Below are positions 1 to 13,483 of a DNA stretch of 64,000 nt, piece after piece. Source of the DNA: Octopus vulgaris (taxonomy: Eukaryota); assembly GCA_951406725.2 (NCBI GenBank), contig OX597814.1:12276001-12340000 (forward strand), read 5' to 3'. Each line of letters starts with the position of its first letter. The stretch's first letter is position 1. Position numbers and translations under genes: made by a program. A model generated the notes under the pieces. It worked only from the letters and a program-made list of their open reading frames with translations. It made no database searches and had not been told where the DNA came from.

Positions 1-130
1 GAAGCACATGTATGTATAACTAAATACACATAGCAAGAATGTTGTTAACAATACAATTAAACTTGACCAACAGCAAAAGGAACATGAAGACTTGAACAAC
101 AGCAACGTGAATAATAATAAATTCATATAA

Positions 131-557
131 TATTCTTTTCTACTCAAGGCACAAGGACCGAAATTTTTGGGGAGGGAGCCGGTCGATCTAATCGACCGGC
201 CCCAGTAAGCAACTGGTACTTAATTTATCGATCCCGAAAGGATGAAAGGCAAAGTAGACCTCGGCGGAATTTGAACTCAGAACGTAACGGCAGACGAAAT
301 AACGCTAAGTATTTCGTCCGACATGCTAACGATTCTTATTTCTTTGTTGTCCTCAAGAGGCTAAACGTAGAGGGGACAAAAAGGACATTAAGTCGATTAT
401 ATCGACCCCAGTGCGTAACTGGTACTTAATTTATCGACTCTGAAAGGATGAAAGGCAAAGTCGACCTCCGCGGAATTTAAACTCAGAACGTAACGGCAGA
501 CGAAATATGGCTAAGCATTTCGCCCGAGGTGCTAACGATTCTGCCAGTTCGCTGCCT
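131..557 (-). mobile_element. Two adjacent copies of tRNA-headed SINE family A with different 3' tails
   Basis: Reverse complement carries the GAGTTCAAATTCCGCCGAGGTCGACTTTGCCTTTCATCCTTTCGGGG-type core twice; same family recurs more than 15 times in the window. Confidence 0.85.
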
Positions 558-619
558 TCGTAAATTCACATAATATTACTAAAACAAAAATCAACAAAAA
601 CTAATTCAACCTAAAACAA

Positions 620-1480
620 TCAATATACTAACAGTTCAAGTCGGGATTGAAAGTTTCATTATTGTTGGATATCAAGTTCTGGGTAAATCTAAACATTTTT
701 GTTGGAGATCTATGAAGATTAAATAGATCATACTACATAACTGGTATTTCATTTTATCTCAGTCTGTTACTGTCGTTGATGGTATGAATGACGATGGCCT
801 GAGATTAATTCTGGGTATCGAGAATAACAGTTTAAGCTTTTGCTTCTGGATTGAACAACTTGTAGACCTTGGCATAGCCATGCTACAGCGAGAGTTTACC
901 TATTTGAAACAAGCTATTCGGACATGAAAGTGCCAATAGCCAAACCTGTCGGAGATGCATACAAAGAGACTAAAATGTCTTACATACCATCGTTTAGTCT
1001 CTGTTTATTAACTACTTGTATGTTTTTGTCGGACAACTGCTGTCACATATAGGACGAACCTGGATGCCTGCACTGAAAATCGACCTACCTCCTTCCCTTT
1101 GTATGGAAAGGTGATAAATGTTTCTCTGCTTTGGTGAAAGAAGCCGTGAAATGGACTTGTCTGAAGAGTTTGATAGTAGGTATTTTCCCATTTGGCTAAG
1201 CATCCATCAACTTCAAATACTATTGAAAAGGAAGGTGAGAGTAGATTGGGAGGTTCCGCCTTCTCGTGTATTTATCCGAAGATGGATTCCACTAGCAAAA
1301 ATGGTGTGTCCAAATGGGTCTAATTTTGGTATGCTTTTCTTTGTTGAAGGAAAGAAATTGGGAGAGAGTACTTTCGATGCCTTGGGGACAGCAGAGTAAT
1401 CCTGGCCTTTTTGCGTGGAGTTTCCTTCGAACTACTCTAGACGGATTGCCGCACTATTGAGGACTTTTTCTAGTTGAAAA
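620..1480 (-). pseudogene. Highly decayed retroelement coding remnant, possibly Penelope-like (RT thumb to C-terminus)
   Basis: Minus-strand fragments IRPIWTHHFC*WNPSSDKY (like Penelope YRKPTW...WNS), FITFPYKG and a terminal FNPDLN; many stops and frameshifts. Confidence 0.3.
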
Positions 1481-1509
1481 TGTTTCTTAGATTCTATTTT
1501 TATTTCGTC

Positions 1510-1700
1510 TTGCGCCGGACAAAATACATAGCCGTGTCTCTTCCGACTTTACGTTCTGAATTCAAATGCCGCTGGGGTCAGTTTTGCCTTTCATCCTTTT
1601 GTGGTCAATAAAATAAGTACCAATTGAGCACTGGGGGTCGATGTAATGGATTTAGCCTCTCCCCCGAAATTGCTGGCCTGGTGCCAAATTTGAAATTCAT
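1510..1700 (+). mobile_element. Diverged SINE family A copy
   Basis: ACGTTCTGAATTCAAATGCCGC...GCCTTTCATCCTTT...AAGTACCAATTGAGCACTGGGGGTCGATGTAAT. Confidence 0.75.
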
Positions 1701-1894
1701 ATGTATCCTAGCTTGGACAGAAATTTGACTGTTTCAGTCATATAAAATACCTTTCGGATGAACAAATTATAGTTAAGTGGGGTTAATTAGACAGTAAGGA
1801 AAAGAAAAATCATTAGAGTCAATAACAGTCCTGCAATGGAAACATTATCCTCCTCTTTCTCTCTCTCTACACACACATATGCATATTTTATTCT

Positions 1895-2257
1895 TTTCCT
1901 TTTTACTCTTTTACCCGTTTCAGTCATTTGCCTGCGGCCGTGCTGGAGCACCGCTTTTAGTTGAACAAATCGACCCCTGGACTAAATCTTTGTAAGCCTA
2001 ATATTTATTCTATGGGTCTCTCTTGCCGAACCGCTAAGTTACTGGGACGTAAACACACCAGCATCGGTTGTCAAGCGATGGTGGAGGGGAGGGACAAACA
2101 CAGACACACAAACATACACACACAGTTTCCGTCTACCAATTCCACTCACAAGGGTTTGGTCGTCCCTAGGCTATAGCAAAAGACACTTGACCAAGGTGCC
2201 ACGCAGTGGGACTGAACCAGAAACCATGTGGTTGGTAAGCAAGCTACGTACCACTCC

Positions 2258-2260
<3 letters not shown>
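1895..2260 (-). mobile_element. SINE family B (tRNA-like head, CORE-like ACCTTGGGCAAGT segment, internal CA-rich tract)
   Basis: Matches the full-length copy at 54020-54432. Confidence 0.85.
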
Positions 2261-2299
<39 letters not shown>

Positions 2300-2302
<3 letters not shown>

Positions 2303-2440
2303 TTATTTCACGTTGCTCCAGTCCACTCAGCTGGCAAAAATGAGTAATCCTGCGACGGACCGTCCAAGTAGAGAATATATACCCCATTGTAGTCAGGAAA
2401 CCGGCTCTCATGATCCTGGCATGGATGGAGAAGGAAATAT
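2300..2440 (+). mobile_element. SINE family D, 3' part
   Basis: CACGTTGCTCCAGTCCACTCAGCTGGCAAAAATGAGTAA shared with copies at 19203 and 25760. Confidence 0.7.
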
Positions 2441-3309
2441 TTATTATATATATGTGTAAACAACATGTGGATAAAAGGACGATAGAACGACAACGGCAAA
2501 CGGGACAAAACAAGATACACAGATCATTCGAAACCAATTGCCTCTTCAGTCGTAGTCCGGAATGTCCACGTAGTTTCACCCACTTCTCTCCGATGCTACT
2601 CGAAACCGGTTGGGCCAGGTACTTAAGCTAAAAGCATTACGAAAACAAATAAGTAAACAGAAGAAAAGGTTTTACGACTATCGGACGAACGTAACATTCA
2701 TATATAAATATATATGATTAATGTGAAGACGGAGTGTAGAAATGTTAGGAATGGAGGGGCTAATCTTTCAGTATCAATACATATTATGTTCGCAGCGTGA
2801 GGTATTTAATTGGGTAGCATTATACATTATCTACGGTTGAATGAGTGTTAAGAGAATGGATTACACTGCTCAGTCATAAATATAAAGATATATGTATATG
2901 CAGTGTGTGGCCCTTTCTCACCGACAACACAGTGAATTATTAAACCCTATTTAAAAGTTCAAGTATAAATATTTATCAAGAATTCTGACTATATATAGAA
3001 TTAGACAGTTCTATCCATTTCTTTAATATATACAGCGAAAGATTAGAATTTAGTGCAACAATTTAACAGTACCAAACGTGGATCTTTACAGATGCCGCTG
3101 CTTATAACTGAGAATTGAACCATGTATCAATTGACCTGTGTTAATGTCTTATAGTATTTACAGTCTATGAACAACTCTTAATATATTTTAACTGGTTCAT
3201 GGATAATGAGTTGACAGAAGCGTCGAAAATACTGCGTTCTAAGATCAAATCCGACGCCAAATTTAGTCTTTTATCTCACTAGGTTCTACTAGAATAAGAG
3301 CTAGTAACA

Positions 3310-3523
3310 ATGGTTTCAAATTTTGACACATGTTCAGTAGTTTCGGGTGAGCAATATGTCGATTACTTCGTCTCAAGGGTTCAACTGATTTTTATTTGAT
3401 CGACCTCGAAAGAATGAAAGGCAAAATTGATCTCGGTGGAACTTGAACTCAGAATATAAAATCGGAAGAAATACTGCAAGGAATTTTTGTCAGATGCACT
3501 AACAATTTGGCCAACTCGCCATC
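3310..3523 (-). mobile_element. Old SINE family A copy
   Basis: GAATGAAAGGCAAAATTGATCTCGGTGGAACTTGAACTCAGAA. Confidence 0.6.
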
Positions 3524-4156
3524 TGAAGAACCAGAAATAATCCTTTCTATTACGATGATAATGCCTGAAATTTTGAGTGGTGGGGCTATTCGATTTCCTC
3601 AACCGCAGCGACTAAACTAACCTTTTATTTCAACGGTGAACTATCACTGTAAATCATTAATAATAAAATAGCTCCTACTGATAGTTCAATAAATAATTTT
3701 CGAAACACTTGCACTAAAGAGCAAATACATGCACAAAAATATCAAATGTTACAAAAAGAAAATACAGCAAAACACAAAGCAAGAGAATTATATGAAAAAT
3801 ATTCAATTTCATGAAAATACGTCAGATTTAAGTTGTATTCTATCAATTTATATAGTCTTATAATTTTTTTTAAAGTGTAGGAAAATACATTAAATGCTGG
3901 TGCGTTGAAGATTTTTAGCCTAATATTTACACGTTATTATTTCTAGCATTATCACCTTCGAGTTGGGTCTAATCGTTTAAAACAAATTATATATGTTAGG
4001 GTCACCGTATTTCGGTTTGTAACCATAATATACTACCAATTATATTAAAGCTTTATAAGTCAATACTTATGTCCTATGTTTGTATCAAGTTTTTTTTTAT
4101 AGAATTTAGATGGTAAATGAGTGGCGGAAGATGGAATATACGAGAATTTATTATTA

Positions 4157-4264
4157 ATCACGACAATTGTTCCGACACATCTAGCATCGATTCTTCACGG
4201 ATGGAACACTTATAACAACTGGTTCAGGAGCATTCGGTAGAGCAGATGTGTCTCATTGGGTGAT
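4157..4264 (-). ncRNA. Degenerate type I hammerhead ribozyme motif in a Penelope-pLTR-like module
   Basis: Minus strand reads ATCAC-CCAATGA-GACACATCT...AGATGTGTC-GGAA-CAATTG-TC-GTGAT: stems I, II and III and the GUC site are present, core mutated; AATAAA follows. Confidence 0.65.
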
Positions 4265-4529
4265 AAATAGATACAACTTGTTAAAATAACAGATCTGCAA
4301 CGTATCTTCTCATTTCGTAGAAAGAAAAGGGATCTTTTCCTTTTGAACGGCACTTTGTAACATAATTTCTAGGTAACTAAAAAGTTTTAAACTTCGTATA
4401 CTGGTAGAATGTGTTTATAAAACATCATTTTCTCTTGGCTTCATTGAGAAAATTCTATAGTTTGTAAGATATTTCGTCTGAAATTTCGAGCATTTCGGCA
4501 ATTTTAACCAATCGCTGACCTCCATTTGG

Positions 4530-4575
<46 letters not shown>

Positions 4576-5089
4576 CAAATAAATATGTAGAAGCAAAAAC
4601 AGAAAACGTTATCATTCATTTCATTAATGTCTTGTCCACCCCACGAAGCTACCTTACTCTTTGTACTGTCTTTATGAAAAATTTAATAAAGTAAAGTAGA
4701 AGCAAAAACACCCATTTTCATTTGTAGTTTTATAACAACTTGACGTTTGAAAACAAATATACAGCTTATTGATTTGTTCGTACGAATCAATATTTAATAA
4801 CGCTTTACGGATGAAAGACAAAACTGTAAAAGTAATTTCAGATGTGACCTCATCAGAAAGGTCATTTATAAACTCGGCTACTTGTTCACGAGTACACAAG
4901 CAATACACTCAGATTCTCCGTCAAGGTGACTATATAAGTGGGCAAAACTTCAGTTAATAATTTTTTCCATAAGTGTAAATACGGTTAGGGTTATATCTCT
5001 CTTCCATAGGAACAGAAATCATTGTTGTGAAAAAGAGTAATCATCAAATTGCTTAAAACATCACCTAGCTAATTTGTATCCGAACATGA

Positions 5090-5090
5090 C

Positions 5091-5173
<83 letters not shown>

Positions 5174-5229
5174 GTCCGTCCGTCCGTCCGTCCGTCCGTC
5201 CGTCCGTCCGTCCGTCCGTCCGTCCGTCC

Positions 5230-5273
<44 letters not shown>

Positions 5274-5308
5274 GTCTATCTATCTGTCTGTCTGTCTGTC
5301 TGTCTGTC
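5090..5308. repeat. Compound tetranucleotide microsatellite (TATC)n(CGTC)n(TGTC)n
   Basis: Direct reading. Confidence 0.97.
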
Positions 5309-5430
5309 AATTTGTGTATTCTTATATATACATATACATACGTTGTATATATACATACGGTGTAGATACATGTGTTGTATTTATATAGAAAAATGTATAT
5401 GTACCTATGTAAGTACGCACACACACTCAC

Positions 5431-6620
5431 ACTGTCCGAATACCTAGCGTTGCCCCGGTGAAAAAAAGTTATAAATGACTTAGAGTCGCTTTCATTGAAG
5501 GTATATCCTGTTTAATTAGGCATTACTTGATTTCTTTTGAAAAGTTAATTTTCATGTAAAACATTAATATTTTTCCCTGCTACGTTTAAAGCAATCCGGT
5601 GTGTAATGAATATTCTCTCCTAGAGATACGTGTTTAACATGAATAGTATATGTCATGATATAATTGTGCAAATAACATAAAATTCAGACATATTAAATAG
5701 ATAGACTGTATTAAGTGAAGTGTAAAGGTATTTAATTTATTTGAAATTATATTGTAACGAACATAAAATCAATATGTTTCCTTTATAACTTTGATGGTAG
5801 TGTCTTTGTACATCGAGATGATACGGTTTTTTCACTGAGTCTCATTGCTCAATATGACAAATTCATTTCATTCAAGTGCATTGAATGCACATCTTCTCCT
5901 GGTGTATTTTGGGGTTTGTCAATGAGAATTCGAAACACCAAATAATGGAGTAACCAAGGCATATTCCAAGCTCCTAACAGCTGTACTTTCCATGAACCAT
6001 ATTTTAAAGGTAGGGGACCTTAAAATTAGTCAAACCATGTGCCTGTGGACATGTTATTTCTATCATTAGCATATCTCTTTCAGTCATCAACATAGTACAA
6101 CTGCAGAAAACCGGGCTCTTTACTGGCGAGGGCTGAACAGAAGCAATCTCTTGTTAGATTTGTTCTTGTGCCTTAAAAGTTGGTGCTGATGTTGGCTGCA
6201 AAGGAAGCCACTTGGAAAGCAGAATCATATTTTCTGATGTTCTTAGAAAGACACGTGTATTCCTCATCAGTACATTAAGAAGCTATTTTAGAAGCTAAAG
6301 TGGATCAATAGCAACTGGTAGATTAACTATTCCACTTAAACAGCACATTGCATTTATCTCGTTTCAATTTCTTGGACAACCATTTGACACAAATCTGGGA
6401 CATAGAACCAACCGAGACTATTATGTCAAAGAATAGTTATATCCAGGCCCATGGTTGAAGATACCATTTTTCCACGGCTCATGTGTGTATGGTTAAGATC
6501 CAGTCTCTACATGTCATGTTGTTTGAGTTTTCAGGCAAGCTTTGCGATGATTAGAGTTTATATGGTGTCTTCGTGCAGCCTGTCAGGCGGCGAGCCTGTT
6601 GTTCACCAGTCATCTCCAGT
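5431..6620 (-). mobile_element. Decayed Helitron remnant (N-terminal RepHel region)
   Basis: Minus-strand peptides MCCLSGIVNLP, FSKNIRKYDSAFQVASF, PTFKAQ, EPGFLQLYYV and RRCAFNALE*NE match the Helitron motifs MCC.NGKV.LP, NIRKYNSAFQMTSF, PTFKVQG and RRFNAP..NE. Confidence 0.65.
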
Positions 6621-6846
6621 CACTTATATATATATATATACCAACGTATGCATACGATTAGAAATCCAAATGTGGTAACGAATAGTAATTACATGTGTTG
6701 GGATTTATTCATTTGTTGAAAGTCGAAGGTTAAACTCCATTCCCACTCGGAGTTTCACGTTTTGCTATCACTCGTATCCTTTGTCAGAGAATCTCTCTCT
6801 CTCTCTCGCACAGCCATACACATGTACACAGAGGCATTTATATAGA

Positions 6847-6896
<50 letters not shown>

Positions 6897-6902
<6 letters not shown>

Positions 6903-7677
6903 TAAGGGTAGAAATTGATATTAATCAATTAAAACCAGTGGCCTAGCATATTTTAAAACATACAAAATTTAGAGGACTGACCACTAAAAGTGGACAGTCT
7001 ATATGCTAAACATAGACGTCAAATCGCTATTTACCACGAAGAATGTGTTCTCAAGAAAAATCTCAGCAAAAAACCAAAGTCTAAAAAAAAAGCAAGACAT
7101 GAAAATATACGAAATAAAAAACGATTACCTATATACCAATTGGTTTCACTTGTTAATATTTACGTATATGGACACGCAGACATCTGCAAAATCATCAGCA
7201 TAGTCTGTCGTTTACAAAACACAACTTCCAGAAATAGATATAGAACGCTGAACCGAAATCCAGCGTGTATAAAGTTCTACAATTTATATTTAGGCGTAAT
7301 TTTCAAATGCCTTCACTTTGGCGCTCAGAAATCGGAAACTACTCTGCAGTTAATAAACTACAGCAGTCAATTTACCGGTTAGAGAACATTTTTTAAAATT
7401 CAAGATTAAATAAGGGTTGAAATTGATATTAATCAATTAAACCCAGTGGCTTAGCATATTTAAAAATATCCGAAGATTAAGCATTTTTTTACATACAAAA
7501 TTTAGAGGACTGACCACTAAAATTGGACAGCCTATATGCTAAACATAGACGTCAAATCGCTTTACACTTATTTTGCTGAGATTTTTCTTGAGAACACATT
7601 CTTCGTGGTAAATAGCGATTTGACATCTATGTTTAGCATATAGGCTGTCCACTTTTAGTGGTCAGTCCTCTAAATTT

Positions 7678-7683
<6 letters not shown>
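6897..7683. repeat. Composite element in (TA)n with a direct repeat and a terminal inverted repeat
   Basis: 6897-7030 is repeated directly at 7406-7560; 6960-7072 is inverted at 7571-7683; TA runs on both sides. Confidence 0.85.
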
Positions 7684-7766
<83 letters not shown>

Positions 7767-7877
7767 AGGTAAGAGAATGGGAGAGAAAAAAGAGGGAGCT
7801 GATGTGTTTACATAAGCACACAAGGATTTGAAACGTTCTATATAATATATATACGCACACATAATCATACACATACA

Positions 7878-7939
<62 letters not shown>

Positions 7940-9232
7940 GCGGGTACGTGTATATTTTGTATACAGATAATGATGTCTCTTAACTTGTTTCAAAGAAACA
8001 ATCAGGGGGTAATTTCCCCTACATTAACGCTGACCTCCGTTCGTATTTGTTTGTTTTGCAAACGTCTCGTTGCCCATAACTGACACAGGAAACTCACTAA
8101 GACAACCAAAGGTTGCTTTGTACAGGACGTATGCTTAGGTGGTGGTACAAAGCTGTAACTGTTGTGTTGCTTCAGGCATATATGTAGTTGTTGATCTTTC
8201 TTGTTATTGTTATTTTAAATAGTTGTTTTATAGTGTAAAGATATGCGATGAGACGTGAGATCCGCAAGACACCTACCTCAGATACGCCAGATAAATTTCT
8301 CGTTTAGCAGTAGCTGACACAAAGTCTAACTGTAATAGAACCAATAATGTTTACATTTTGGCAATAAATACAATGTAATGTTTTATCGTAGTAACTATGT
8401 TATGGTTGTTGCGGTTGTGATAGTTTGGTGATGGCGGCGGCGGATTGATGCCTTGGTACTGATGAATTAGTGGTAGTAACGATATATAGCTATGATTACT
8501 AACACTATTATTATTCTGTTAGATATACGTACATTTCGCAAAAAGAATTTTCTGAAATTATATGGGTATAAACCTTTGTTACGTTACGGTTAATATTTTA
8601 TACAGAATATGGGCACTTCTTGGAAAGTCGTACCTTTCTTTACAAACCATAATGATTCAGAAATCACAGTGACTAAGCTAGTCTCCTTATTTCACAGTTT
8701 TGCTATTTCAATCTTCCTATGAACCCAGGGAAGTAACTTTATTATATCTTCTCTGATTTATTTCCATGCGGCCAGTATGAGACATCCAACGCGTATGTGG
8801 CCATTAGTCTCATCAAAGTCTCCCCTTGTGACGTATGATATTGTGCTTTAGAATGTATCTCCGGTAATATCACTTTGAGAGACATTCCACTGTGTCGAAT
8901 TATCAGGCCTCAGTTTTCTGCTGTGATCCTTGGAGCCAGATATGACTATGTTACTTGTCGCAACAAGATTGTTTAATCATTTTGGAAATGGATTATAGAG
9001 AGAGTTCAATGCTCATGCTGCAGTTATAATCTAGATTGTTCCTAGTTTTAATTCTTTCTTTAATTCCTTAGCTAATTTTGTTGTATCACTGAGATAGCAG
9101 TCAGATCTCATGTCAGTCGCACCATACGTCTTGAAAAAGGAGGATACGCCCCCCTCCACCGTATGTAAAGCAAGAAAGACGCCTTAGTTAATTCATTCAA
9201 ACTTATATATACATACATACATACATACAAAC

Positions 9233-9286
<54 letters not shown>

Positions 9287-9321
9287 GTTAAAATGTCTTA
9301 TTGATGTGTTTGGTTTCTTTC

Positions 9322-9409
9322 TTTCCCTGATGTGAAGATTGCATTGTTTTACACCAATTTATTCCTTCTGGAATAATACCAATGTTGTCTTCGAAACATA
9401 TGTCGGAAG
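9322..9409 (+). ncRNA. Type I hammerhead ribozyme motif, one core mismatch
   Basis: TTCC-CTGATGT-GAAGA...TCTTC-GAAA-CATATG-TC-GGAA; palindromic stem III ACATATGT; lies between two (TA)n tracts. Confidence 0.7.
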
Positions 9410-9596
9410 TAAAAGAATTTGAATAACACCAGCGTTTAATTCCATTTACAAAACATTTCAACTAACATGGAGTTTCTACCTTTATAAGTAGGCTGTTACA
9501 TCCTTGGTACTTATGTGAGTTTTTGCTACCCTGGTAACTGTTTATTTATTTTTTCCATCTAATTTGTAAACACTGAAAAACAAAACACACACATAC

Positions 9597-9661
<65 letters not shown>

Positions 9662-11127
9662 TTTGATCTAGGTCTGCTGCTTCACGACACACTTGGGGCA
9701 ATATTAACAACAATATCTCTATATTGCGAAATAACCAGAGGTCTCCAATAAAAGATCCTTCGAATTAAGAGGGAGTACTATCAAATCGGCCGATGCTTGT
9801 TTATTTGGCTTTGTTTGTTCCATCCTATCACAAGCTATGTTTGATTGTTTGAGCATTAAGTGTCTTAGAAATACACTGAATAATTTACTGTTGTTGGGCT
9901 GCAAAATGATAGAATACAGTCTTGGTTCAATAATCCAATGGATAGGGAATCTGATGTACTGTTGTCCCAGCAGCTCATCATATGGACGATTACGACCCTT
10001 CCACTCCTGATACATTGTCTGCTTTGTAGAATGAGCTCATTTTATGGAAAGCCATTTTTGCGAAGTGATTTCAAACCTGGCAGAATCATTTTACATGTTT
10101 TTCTGTTCGTATCTTTTCTTTAGATGATAGATAGCTGACGCCTACTGTAGCTCCTTCTAAATATGCCATTATAAAGACTGAAGACCAAATTTTTGCCAAC
10201 ATGACTACCCATATCGTTAAAAAAGACTTTCTAATATGAAATCATATGTAGTTGAGTTGAGAAAGCAGCAGACATTAAGGTAAAGGAAATGGGTTCACTT
10301 TATATCACATCCAATGCGATATACTCCTTATTAAGAACTCTTAATTCAATATTCACTAAACTCTGAGTAGGCGTCTTTAGGAAACGATTATGGGATATTT
10401 TGTCATCTTCCATTGCATCATTCTTGGGCTTTTTATATGAATTCAGTATGATATCACTGTCCCTTTTACCATTACAATCACTGTTCAAACCTGCCAGTTG
10501 CAGTACATAACGCCTAAATTCTGTTCCGGAGCTAATCACACAAAAACACTGCCAAATATTTAGAGATCTATATGGGTTACGAGTATATGTATATAATAAC
10601 TTACAGGTAATCTACATAACTCTAATATGGCAAAAACTACAGAACATGGCAAAAGAGAGAGTAAACAAAAATCGAAAAAAAAATACAAATAGAAACAAAA
10701 GCAAAAAAAAAAAAAAGAATTGTGGCATTGACAATACTCATTTTAAATAAATATTTGTTTATTACGGAACACAAAGATGCAGGTTATCATTATTATTATT
10801 GAGCTTCAGACAAGCCACGATGAAGTACACCTACATCAAAGGATTTTTCAATAGGATCATGCTATCTTTTCAGGGATGTCCTTTTCATTTTAAAGATGGT
10901 AGAGTGTCCTTCTCTGATTAAAGTTGGAAGATTGTGATTTACAAGATACTTAGCAGCTATTTCTGTCTCGTTAATCGACAACATTGATAATACCTCTACG
11001 GTTTCGCAACGCTCTGAAAAAGGGTAATATGTTATGTGTGACATGTTTTGCTGTTTTCTTTCATTAAATTGTCCTATAAAACTTAAGTTGCTAAAGTTAA
11101 CTTACTCTCAATATAGAATGTAATTAA

Positions 11128-11575
11128 GGTGGCGAGCTGGCAGAATCGTTAGCTCGTCGGGAAAGATACTTTACAGCATTTTCGTCCGTCTTTACGTTCT
11201 GAGTTCCAATTCCGCCGAGGTCGACTTTGCCTTTCAATATTTCGGAGTCGATAACCTAAGTACCAGTTGAGTATCGGCATCGATGTAATCGACTTGGAAC
11301 CTCCCACCAAAAACTGCTGGTCTTGTGCCAAATCAATATTAAAATATAAAGGCAGCGAACTGGCAGAATCTTTAGCACGCCGGACAAAATGTTTAGCGGC
11401 ATTTCGTCCGTCTTTACGTTCTGAATTCTAATTCCGCCGATATAGACTTTCGGGACCGATAAAATAAATACTCTTGAGTTCTGGGATAGATGTAACCGAC
11501 ATGCCACCTCCCTCGAAATTGCTGGCCCTGTGCTAAGATTTGAAATTGCTGGCCTTGTACTAAGATTTGAAACAT
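11128..11575 (+). mobile_element. Two consecutive SINE family A copies (11128-11340 and 11350-11575)
   Basis: Two GGCGAGCTGGCAGAA-type heads and cores; 27-bp tandem duplication near the end of the second copy. Confidence 0.8.
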
Positions 11576-12169
11576 TTGAAAAATGCAAGTAGATTTATGA
11601 AGCGGATTAGCTGGATCTTTAGCGCATTGGAGAAAATACAAAGTGCTATGTTTCTAGCTGTTTCAAATCCCGCTTAACTCAACCTTACTTTTCATGCATT
11701 TAAGAGGACAAAATAAAGTATCTTTCAAGCCCTGTAGTCGATGGAATCAGCTGTTCCTGTCCAAACAAACATTGAGACCTTATTCATCTGTAAGAAATCA
11801 GTATACAGATAATATATACAGAGAGCTATATGATTTAAGAAAACATTAAAAATTATATAAGTTACAGAGGAAGTAAGTGAGAGAGACACACAAAAATATA
11901 TGGCTTACATACTACGACAGCCAGATCGCCATCAGTAACATTAATGACCATTAGTAACTATCAACACAAATACTGATAGATTTAAAGTTTACTCCAAGTG
12001 AAATTCCATCACGTAAACTGTAAAGAAACTCCGGCATTTCGGCCGAGACTCGGTGCAACGACATTGATACAAATCAATTCTACTCCACTAGACAACTTGT
12101 CAGCAGCCACCAGCTATCAGGTTTAGTTTTCACTGGGGAGGTGGGAGTGCGCGCGATGTGTACATTGCT

Positions 12170-12209
12170 TGTGTATGCGTATATATATATATGTATATAT
12201 ATATATATG

Positions 12210-12263
<54 letters not shown>

Positions 12264-12288
12264 TATACATACATATATATATATACAT

Positions 12289-12360
<72 letters not shown>

Positions 12361-12830
12361 GTATGTATATATATATATACATATATATGTATATATATAT
12401 ATATACACATATATATATACATATATATCTATATATATGTCTGTATGTAAGTATATATATATATGCATATATGTATGTATGTATATATATATATATATAT
12501 GCATATATGTATGTATGTGTGTATGTATATGTGTATATATGTATATATATATATGCGTGTGTGTGTCAATGTCAGCGTCAGTCTGTACACACATACACAT
12601 GCGCACACGTATATAATCGTTTATTTTGAGAAGCCAGTATCGGCGAAGCATCGAAGGAAACAGGCCCCGTTGATAATGAATATTATGTAGATGTGTATAT
12701 GTGTGTGTTTGTGTGTGTGTGTACATACATACATATATATATATGTGTACGTATATATGAATACATATAAATATATATGTTTGTAATGTAATATACACAC
12801 ACACTCGTATATACATATGTGTTTATGTTT
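12170..12830. repeat. Long imperfect (TA)/(CA)/(TG) microsatellite field
   Basis: Direct reading; source of the YI/HT-rich ORFs. Confidence 0.95.
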
Positions 12831-13396
12831 CAAAAATAAGGTATGCTTTAAAAACTCTAAAAAGTATGTTACCATGAAATCACTGTGTGTGTATGAATGT
12901 CGTGTGTGCCTTATTACGAGTGTATCTGTATACTTCTACGCATGTGTGTTGGTGTGTTTTAGGAAAGGAAAACATAAGGTTGACTGAAGTAGTAATTTGT
13001 TTTTTGTTTCTTATTTCATGTAATAAGTATTTCAAATCTTTATTGAAAAACCAGCGGGTGTCTCACTGTGGCAAACCAAAATAAAATAAAATAAAATAAA
13101 ATAAAATAAAATAAAATAGAATGAATGTAAAAGATAGAAAAAGTAGGGTAGGTTTCCTAACCCTTAAAAATGAATGAATAAATAAATACATAAATAAAGA
13201 CGTCTTGTCGACATCTCGTGATGCTGTAAATTAATTTCGAACTTGAAATTCTAACTGTTATCGAATCGATTTGACTCTGTTTCGTAAGGAATCCTTGTTT
13301 AGCGACCTTTATTTTTTCAACCACACATTATCACACGCCATATTAAATATGTCTACGTATCGTATGTAATACGATCTTTGGCATATATTAAGGTTA

Positions 13397-13483
<87 letters not shown>

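Noticed and set aside
2455-2700. Module with CTGAAGA and GAAAC on the minus strand
   Set aside because: Could not assemble stems in hammerhead geometry; probably a repeat but unassigned
9719-11044. Three minus-strand ORFs of 60-98 aa
   Set aside because: No recognisable motifs; part appears to derive from a degenerate dispersed repeat
12080-12875. Long ORFs of up to 228 aa rich in Y/I/H/T/C/V
   Set aside because: Translations of (TA)/(CA)/(TG) microsatellites; same for similar ORFs throughout the window
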